A stretch of DNA of 20,000 bases from Trichoplax sp. H2 (Eukaryota), in NCBI GenBank assembly GCA_003344405.1, contig NOWV01000191.1, positions 123,562 through 143,561 of the forward strand. The letters run 5' to 3'. The position numbers were made by a program, and so were the translations under genes. Positions within the stretch are counted from its first letter, which is position 1. Each line of letters opens with the position of its first letter. The notes under the pieces were generated by a model that saw only the letters and a list, made by a program, of their open reading frames with translations, searched no databases and had not been told where the DNA came from. Below, one piece after another: positions 1-10,000 of this stretch.

Positions 1-74
1 AATTTGTTACGAAATGAATTATGTCAATTCAGATACCATATAGCAAAAAGTAACAATCTCTTTACATTTGGCAG

Positions 75-3000
75 GTATTTGGACAGTAATCGGATATTAA
101 CAATTGAAAATGACACATTTCCAGTCTCACTTGTAACTCTGTACGTACCTCCTCGACGTAAATTGACTTCGTAAATTTCGTCTAACATTAGATATGACTA
201 TGCCAACTATTTCTTTCGTGAATATAATAAAGGACTGTACGCAAATCGCCTTTCCGTTTAAACTATCATAAATATAATTTTTTATTTATCTTATACATAG
301 GCACTTACAGAGCAACCAATTCGACTTTCAACACAAGTTACCATTTACGAATCGCTCCAATTTGGTCACTTTGTAAGTAGCGATTGCTAGCTTTACGCCT
401 TAGGATATTTTGTACTTAAACTGCTATTATGTATTATTTTGATACTCTGTTATTGTATAGATACCTACAAAACAACCAAATTAGTTACATTCCCAATGAT
501 GCCTTTCAAGGATGTACGGCTTTAAGTGATTTGTAAGTTGATGCATGATATCATAGGGCTAATCTATACGAGATAATGGTTAATGTCAATAATTTATTAT
601 ATTCATATAAACATAAGGAATCTGTGTCACTGAAAATTAGTAGCTACAGTATCAATCGATTTAATTCATCATAATATTTAATGCTGACTAATATATTCGC
701 AGGAGAATGTCTAATAACAAGATTGGTCGTATACTTTATCCAATGTTTAGAGATACGAAACAATTGATTCGTTTGTAAGTCTATTCTTTTAACATTCATT
801 CATATTTATCGATTTTAACTTTAGCGTACATAAGTCATAAAACAAGCTATCACCGAAAGGAGTTTTTTAAGAAGATTAAAATATAAATTACTCGCCAACA
901 TTTATTGTTAGTGTCTTAAATTATGTGACATTCATCATGATCCATGTAGGCATCTACAGACAAACAGAATTGCATACATCGAAGACGGCTCATTCACCCA
1001 TATTAACCGATATCCTGGGCATAGCATGGTTGATTTGTGAGTTGTTATCATGAAATTGAGCCATTATAAATTGTTAAAATATCCAATGGTAACTTTATTT
1101 ATGCCATCGAAGAAATCGACCCACTTTTTAATTATAATGCTTATAAAATTCATAGCTTTCTAAATTCCAATGAACTAACTAAATTACCAGATGGTGGAGA
1201 CTGGCATGACTTTGGTGCTACAAACATGTAAGTTGACTTAAGTGCTGACACATAAAATTGATGTTATAAAATGCCGTCCAAACACTATTTAAAAACCGAT
1301 ATTTAATAAATTATATGTACTGTATCATCTTTCTTGCATTTAGATATTTCCAAAATAACAGAATAAATCACATTCAAAGTGATCTTTTCAAGAATGTAAA
1401 AAGCTGCAACACCATGTAAGTATTAGACTAATTGTAAATTTAATTCTTTGTAACTGAATTGATAATTCAATCATATCGCAGACAAGAACTCATTTGATAT
1501 TTCTTCCAACATTGCGTGGTTGTAATATCTTATATATTTGTCAAATTTTTATAATAGGAATTTTCGAACGAATGAGATTTACACAATTGATGGCTACGCT
1601 TTTAACGATGTTACCTGCAGCTACATGTAAGTTGAAGGCTTGCTAGATCAATCAGCCGTAGCTAGTAATTTCATATAATCTTCTTACTTGCTAAGTTTAA
1701 ATTTTTATCATTCCTTAGCTACCTCGATTCAAATATCATTCGAAATATTAGCAGCTACTCTTTCAATACGGTTTCAACAGTTGACTTGTATGTAATTAAT
1801 ACTTTTCTATTACATTAATAAGCTATTTATACTAAAACATATCTATAATTTTAATTCGAAATTCATGTTCTTTTGATTTATCAATAAAATTTTACACCTG
1901 TAACGTAGTCATATTGACGATATGAAAATGCAGCAAATTCCAACTATGGCCTTCGTCAATTTCGGTTGTAGTGGCGAATGGTAAATTGCGATAGTGCTAC
2001 TATAAGAAAATAAAACATCAAGAAATAAAGCATTTGTGAACTGAATTAGTATTAAAGTATTGGAAATTAATTGTTAATTTTTAGTTACCTCGACAATAAT
2101 GAAATCCATTATATTGCTGAAGACGCTTTTGCCCCTCTTACAGCTGGCAGATTGTAAGTTAACTTGAATATGATTACCTTTTTAATTGATATTTTGCTAA
2201 TCTTGTGTCGATATTGTTCTTAGACATTTGGAATATAACCAATTAACAACGATAACCAATAAAATCTTTAAGGACGGAAGCTCAATTAATTATTTGTGAG
2301 TATATCTGATCAAACTTATTTTTAACTAATGTAATTACTGATTTGAAATCTAAATGGCCTTCTGTATATTTCAGCTACATGCACCGTAATAAATTGTCCG
2401 TCTTTTCGCCAAAGTCACTTTCTGGTATTACCGTTGGAACTGTTGGTTTCTTGTAAGCCACTAATTTCATTGATGTACCTTTTTGTTGTCGTAACCGTAA
2501 TTAATACACGTAAATTTATCAATCCTGTTCATTCTTCTCAATTGCATTTAATTTTGTCATCTATAGCTACTTAGACAATAACCAGTTCACCTTATACCCG
2601 CATTTAGCTCTAAATGCTATTCGCATCGCACGAATGTAAGTATTTGATTTTATAACGAAGCAACTGCTTTTACGAGTATCAAGATGGTAGCATTCATTAC
2701 TGTTTGATTTGATATAGCTAATAAGTTTTAGAGCAATTTCTTAATCTTAGTGTAAGCAAAAGCCAGATAGCTTTTACATTGTGTAATTTAAGTTCAAACC
2801 TCTTAAAGTTATCGAACTTATGAAATAAGCTATTAATTGATTTTAGATACTTCAACGACAATCCCATAGTTGTATTGCATGATGGTGCAATAGCTAATCA
2901 AGTTAATCTCTTGGAGCTGTAAGTGTATTATTATTTGCATTACCAAATATTTTTATGCCAATTTAAGAAGAGTCATAGCGCTTATATATCAACAAATTTT

Positions 3001-4026
3001 CACTTAGGTATTTACATAGCAATCAAATTCGTTACTTGCCCAAAGATTTATTTAAAGGCTCAAATGCTTTGAATACCCTGTAAGTGAAATACTTTTGTAC
3101 AGAACTTATTTTAATTTCAGTTCTTAATCATATTTCGTGCATGTATGTCTTAATCTTCCAATGTGATAGCTTATTTCTCATAGCCATTTCTTGGGTCGCA
3201 CTAATTCACTAATTATGACCCGTAGGTATTTACATAGTAATGTCATATCAAGAATTGAAGAAGGAGCATTTAATGGATTGCCTTCTCTTCGCACACTGTA
3301 TGAACTATGATATTATATCGATTTTGAATAGCTTTACTTATATCAAATTGTAATTTTATACCTATTTTTTTCATTTCATATTCATTATAAATCTTTTCGA
3401 TTTTATTAGGCAACTACACAGCAACTACTTACCTTACTTGCCGTTGCTTTCCTCAGATTTGACCGCCTTACAGAGTTTGTAAGTAGTTCAAGTATATACT
3501 GTACCTATATGTAAAAATATGGTGAGTCATACGTATATTGATTGATATACGAGTATTTCGTAGCTTGTTTAATGTAGATTTTAAACAAGATAAAAAAATT
3601 TCGTTCAAGATCATGCACATCTAATAATTTATTTTTCCGACTAGGACGTTGCAAAATAATAAAATCGAAGCTGTTTATCGGAAAGCCTTTTTTTATCTCA
3701 GTGCTTTGACTTCAACGTACGATACATTAATCTTACATATAGATTATTAACTAAAGTTGATCAATTATAACACATATTACTTTTAATGTAGATGTAACTA
3801 AAATTTGCAATTAAGATTCACATATTATATCAATTTAGTGACTTGTCCAATAATCCTCTTGGTTGTGACTGCAATGTTTATTACACCATGGATTGGTTTA
3901 ACAATACGGTATTAACAAGCGGAACATGTGCGACTCCAACGCAAACTGCAGGCGTTTTATTTGGCACTACTAATACTAATGATGCTAAATACTTCAGAAA
4001 TGAGAACATTGACATCTTTACTTGCT
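75..4026 (+). other. LRR array (19 single-repeat exons) plus final LRR and LRRCT cap
   Basis: Exons of 66-87 nt (mostly 72 or 69), all phase 2-2, e.g. [24 protein letters not shown] and [24 protein letters not shown]. The cap exon reads [11 protein letters not shown]...GTCATP...FTC, the extracellular LRRCT pattern NPxxCxC...C..P...C. Confidence 0.95.
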
Positions 4027-7000
4027 GTAAGTCTTAGTTTATCAAACAGTGGGTCATATTCTTTTTAAAAAATTGCAAGTTATGTACGGTGAAGTGTTCT
4101 TGCTATCGGTAATAAAAGGACAAAATTTTTTCTTTTATTCTAGCTCCCGCCAATCTATCTATCTCTGCTCCTACTGATTATACCATTTATATTAACTGGT
4201 CAACGCCTCTATTATTCCCTGGAGCTAATCCTGCATCCTATTCGACGGCTGCCTGGCAATACCATGCTAACTGTTCAAGTGAAATTGCTCCTACGATGCT
4301 TAAAACTGTAACAACAAATTCGGTAATAACAAACATTCAAATGTTATCATCAATCATAGCTTATTCGCCTATTCCTTTGATTACATCAATCAAGAGTTAT
4401 GGGTCCTTCTTAATGAATACAAAATTTTTTCTGTATATTCTTTATTTAGGTCTCATTTACGCAAGCAGACGGTGTTCAAGCTGGAACAGACTATACCTGT
4501 TACGTTTCATTGGATACAACAGTAGTACAAAGTGCAAGAAGTCGTCCATTGTACATTACTACATTGGAATTTGTTGGTAGGTGACAATATTATTAACATG
4601 CTTTGACTACTTTTACAGCATGAAGTATCTTTACTAGATATAGAGGCTACTTTCAACTTAAAATATTTCACTAAAAGTCATAACTATCATTTTCCCTGTT
4701 TTTATATAGTCAATTATGCTAACTGTACACCGGAGAACAATTGTCCAGACATTGTTCTAGATGTGACTTATCGTGATTTTAGGTACAGTATATCTTAAGA
4801 ATGTCCTAGAATCAGTCGATATTTAACTACCGCTATTAATTGTTAAAGTACTAATTATATATGTATTAAAATAGTATGATGCATCCAGATTTTACTGGCA
4901 AGGAAGTTATAAATCATTTAGTCTTTCCAGCTTTTATTAAAAGTCCTTATGGTAGCTGGCTAGCCAAGAGTTTTCCACCATCAACATCTGATACCTTAAC
5001 TCAATGGTTTGTCACATTACCGCCAGATAATTTTGCCATAGAAACTCAAATACTGATCGAGAAATTGAATACTACACCTGCCGGGCCGGATCAAATTAAT
5101 CGAAAGTACGATAATCCATTTCGGCCCGTTGATGGTCGAGGTTTCCGGTCTGAAGGTCAACGTGATTGTAATAGCCAATTAAGAAATAGAGGGTGAGAAT
5201 AGCCTATGATATCTTTTTGCTTACATTTAGGAATAATATCAGAGGACTGTTATAATAATACAAGTTTAGGGTGTGAAATTCTGTAGTCTTAATTTACTTA
5301 ATAATTTTAATAGGTGGACAGCTACAATTCACGCTGCTATAACTTTTAATGGTACGGAAGTACTCACATTCGGTGCTGGTGATGAAATGTGGGTCTTCAT
5401 TGATGGTTATATGATTGTTAGCTTACCGGATGCTTCCAATCCTGTTACGAAGCCTTGTCGTCAAGTATCGCTTTCACCTTTACTGGCGAGTGAGGGTGGC
5501 TATCCGGAAATTAGAGGCGGAGTAATTAGTGGCAACGAATGTGTACTTAACACAACTATTTCAACCAATGTTCCAAAATTCAAACTAGTCGTAAGTTGAC
5601 TATAATTAATTTGAAATCATGTCTTTTAACGAAACTTAATTTTTGTCCATTAAATTTGTTATTTAACATATTTTAAATTCCCTTTTGTGTTTCTATTGTT
5701 TATTAACGCAAGTATTTGCTTGTACATTTCTCCTTAGGTTGGCTATACGTATCATCTCGACATATTCATTGCTCATCGCGGTGTAACGTGCTCTACGCAC
5801 TTCTTCTTCGAATCACAAGGAGCAAAATTCACAAGAACTGTTCCTCCACTAGATTACGTTGTTCAAACTCCAGAAAATTTAAATGTTGGTAGTTTAATAA
5901 CTCGCTTTAACTTAACAGGTTTGCAACTAAAAAAATCACCAGATCTTCAATTTTTTGACAATGGATGGTAATTTCATTATTTGATGTGCATCACGTTGAT
6001 CTGTATGTGTTATTATAGATGCCTATAGCAATGGCACTACGTACATGCTACAAATCGAAAGTGGAAATACTTACGGACATTTAACAATAAATAGTAACAA
6101 TCCTACGGCTCCTTTGACTCCTGCTGCACCCACAACTTCGACCTTACCTACAGTGACAATAGGAAATCAAACATTTGGTATCTGTCTTAATAGCCCACCA
6201 CCATTATATACGAATGGCGCTCCTGCAACCCTGTTCGCCGTCACCACTACTGAGGCTATGGTTGTAAGTCAGGAACCGCTAGACCATGAATTTGTTACTT
6301 TTTATGACTTTCTTATCAGCATAAATGATACCGGATATTCGCCACCCAGAATAGGACAAGCCATGATTAAGGTAAGTAATTTCAAGTTAAGTCGGTTTTT
6401 AAACTAAAAAATTTTTAGAATTTATAATATCACTAATGACTAATGAGAGTAAAAAATCAATTTCAGGTTTTGGTTCAAGATATAAATGATAACTGTCCGA
6501 TAGCTACATCTGATTTACGAACGCATGTAGCTGTGACCGCTTTGCAAGTTCCTCCTCTCTTTCAAATTAACGCGACAGATCGTGACAGTACAGATAACGG
6601 TGCAATGATATATACTACACAAGATATAACCGTGACGTAAGCGTAAAATATAGGACTAACTAGTTTTTATACAGAGAAAAATTTTGGTGACCTTGTAACG
6701 CCCTTTGTTACTATTTAATAGAGCTCCAGCAAATACTACGAAAACGATAGTATATACATTTACGGTCACGATAGTCGATAAAGGTACACCTACCCTTGGT
6801 ACTTATCTCATGTTCAATGTGACAATGTTTGAAAACTGCAACACGTCACGAATGACATTCCCATTAAATGAAAGCTCTCCTGGTATTGTCGACGTTTACT
6901 TACGTATTCCTGGCTATATTACCTTTTCTAAGTACAGTGAGTACTGCATGAGTGAAATGATGTCAAATTCTCTTTGACGGCTGTTAGCCTCTATACTAAC

Positions 7001-10000
7001 TTGTTATTCATTAATACTTAAACATTGTTCTATATACTCAATTTATCTTCATAATTTAGATGATACTGAGTGTGCTAGGTGTCCAACAAGTTATTACTGC
7101 TTCGGTGACGGACTAAAGCACAAATGTGGTTGTAATCCTAATACCACCGATTGTTCTGGTCGTAATGATACTACATATCATTCCTTTGGTGCATGGGATC
7201 ACTGTGAAACATGTCCGCATGGCTGGATTTGTCATGATGGCTATGCTTTACCATGTCCTCCAGCTACTCATGCGAAATGTAACTACACGGTAAGTAGTTT
7301 AAATTGTATCGTGCCTAGGAATGCTAACGTAACAATTACGGTAATACATGAAAATACTATTTTCTCGATCATATTTGGTAGTAATTATATTATATCATTC
7401 ATTTTAGTACTGTCCACCAGTATGTGAGGCTTGCCCACCAGGTACTGCTTGCTATCAAGGCAAGATAACTGGATGTAACCCTGGAACTTACGGAACTGGC
7501 GCTACTACTCAATGCGAACCTTGTCCAATCAATACCTATGCCTCCTCGTATAATGCTAGTTCTTGTCCATGCTGTCCGCATGGCACTCACAGCTTTGAAG
7601 GAGCATCGGTAATGTAATTATATCTTTTTGTGTCTATTGTAAATATCTTAATGACGTTAATTTTTTGGTTCATGATACAATAATAATGTCATAATAATTT
7701 TGATACTCATAAACCTTTCTGTAGGATTGTGTATTTTGCCCTGAGGGTATGTATTCGAAAGGTGTCTGTGATCATTGCCAAACGTGCTCTCCTGGTCAAT
7801 GTCCTTGTGTGGTAGATAAGCCCTGTTTTCCGGAAGTAGAATGTCGTAACATTTTATATGATAACGGCACTTCAACATTTGCATGTGGCAAATGCCCAGT
7901 TGGCTTCACTGGAGATGGAATCAATTGTACCGATATTAACGAGGTAACAATATCATTTTATGCTAATGTGCCTTCGCTTGTAATAATACTGCATATTCTG
8001 TATCTTACCTGTAATTGCCATAGATACCATACATAATACAGAATAAAACATTTTTACCTCAATTGCGATATTATTACTTTTAATAGTGTGCAGCAGGAAC
8101 ATTTTGCTATGATCAAGCCAATTGTATCAATTTCGCTCCTGGTTTTGCTTGTGCAAGCTGTCCATTAGGCATGACTGGAGATCAACCTTCAGGCATCGGT
8201 GTCGATTACGCCTTGTCTCACAAGCAGACCTGTACCGATATTGACGAATGTGCTCTCGGGGAACATGTTTGTGTGCCAAATGCTTATTGTAATAATACTA
8301 TTGTAAGTCTACCACTTGATTAAACTATTCAACTTTTTCTACTAATAATTTTACACATATTGTCTAATACTAACTACAATACATGCTATAAAATGACAAA
8401 TTAGCATGTATCATTATAATTCAATTATACATCTATACATTTGTTATTTGTAGGGAGGATATCTATGTGGTAATTGCTACGCTGGTTACTTTGGTAATGG
8501 ATATACTGGCTGCATATTTGGTGACTTTTGCACCAGTAAGAAGGACAATTGCGATGGAAATGCTACGTGTATTTTTACAGGAATGGGAACATTTGTCTGC
8601 AGGGCATGTATTAACTGATCATTACGGTTGTTAATGCCTTTGTATTAATTTCTAAGTATTAGCTATTAATTGATGGACGCGTTATATTCCATTATAGTGC
8701 AATCCTGGTTATGCTGGTAATGGTGTACATTGTGGACAGGACGATGACGCTGATGGCTTTCCAATCGCTTACGTTTACTGTCATGACCGCGGTTGCCAGG
8801 CTGACAACTGTCCGATCGTTCCAAATAGTGGCCAAGAAGATGTTGATGGAGATACTTTAGGCAATACTTGCGATTTTGACGATGATAATGATCTTATACT
8901 AGATATTACTGTAAGTTTCTTATATGTTATCAGCAAATTAAGTGTATATCTTCAATAGGTGAATTGTAAATGTTTATGCTATAATGTGTAACTTTATCTG
9001 TGGTCTTACTGTTAGGATAATTGCCCATTGGTCGCAAACACTGATCAGACAGACTCTGATGGCGATGGAGTTGGTGATGCTTGTGATAACTGTGTGTCTA
9101 CTTCTAATCCTTCGCAGTTAGACAGCGATAATGACGGTGTTGGTGACGATTGTGATAGTGACAAAGATAACGACGGAATTGCTAATGGCAGTGATAATTG
9201 CGAAGTTGTTGCTAATCCTTCACAAACAAATTCTGATGGAGATGCTTTTGGTGACGCTTGTGATAATTGTCCGTCGACTTCCAATCCAACTCAGGTAACT
9301 TATACTCAAGAAATAAACACTTTTATATCATAATGATAATTTCATTGTGTCTGAATGTATTATACAATAAGTTGTAATGATACGAATTGCATTTCGTAAT
9401 TGAACACCACTATAGTTTATAACATCGACGTAGACGTTTACATTTATTTTTACAACTTTAAAATTTTTTATACTCAGGCTGACACCAATATGAATGGTGT
9501 TGGAGATGCTTGCGATTGTGCGAGTTTAGGTTATTTGTGCGATAGAGATGGTGATGGAATTATAAACACCATTGACAATTGTATCAACAATCCTAATCCA
9601 TCACAAATTGATACAGATGGCGACGGCTTAGGTAAGCGTTATGACTTAGTTAAATAATATTTGTACTACTAAAATCCTGCGATCGAAATAGTACAGTTCA
9701 ATGTCGTTAATTAGTTATCCTTTACGCTATATTAGGAGATGAGTGCGATCCGGACGCAGACAATGACGGAATCAGTAATGCGTTAGATAACTGCCGCTTA
9801 TTAGCTAATGCTGATCAAAAAGATACCAATTCCGCATCACCGGAAGGCGATGCATGCGACCCTGATTTTGATGGTGATGGAATCAACGATGATCAAGACT
9901 CTTGCTTCTATAATAAGTTTTATATGCATACCAATTTCACAAGACACCAGGTTATATCATTAGGAGTCACTAATACACCAGCGGCAGTATTTACAATAAC

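Noticed and set aside
2636-2846. Possible hidden extra LRR exon in a longer intron
   Set aside because: The AG...GTAAGC candidates give an in-frame stop or a ~20-nt frame-shifting segment with no LRR pattern.
7399-7884. Minus-strand ORFs 7399-7590 and 7657-7884
   Set aside because: Antisense to Cys-rich mega-TSP exons, with no recognisable motifs.
9045-9284. Minus-strand 79-aa Ser/Pro-rich ORF
   Set aside because: Antisense shadow of the Asp/Gly-rich TSP type-3 exon 9016-9294.
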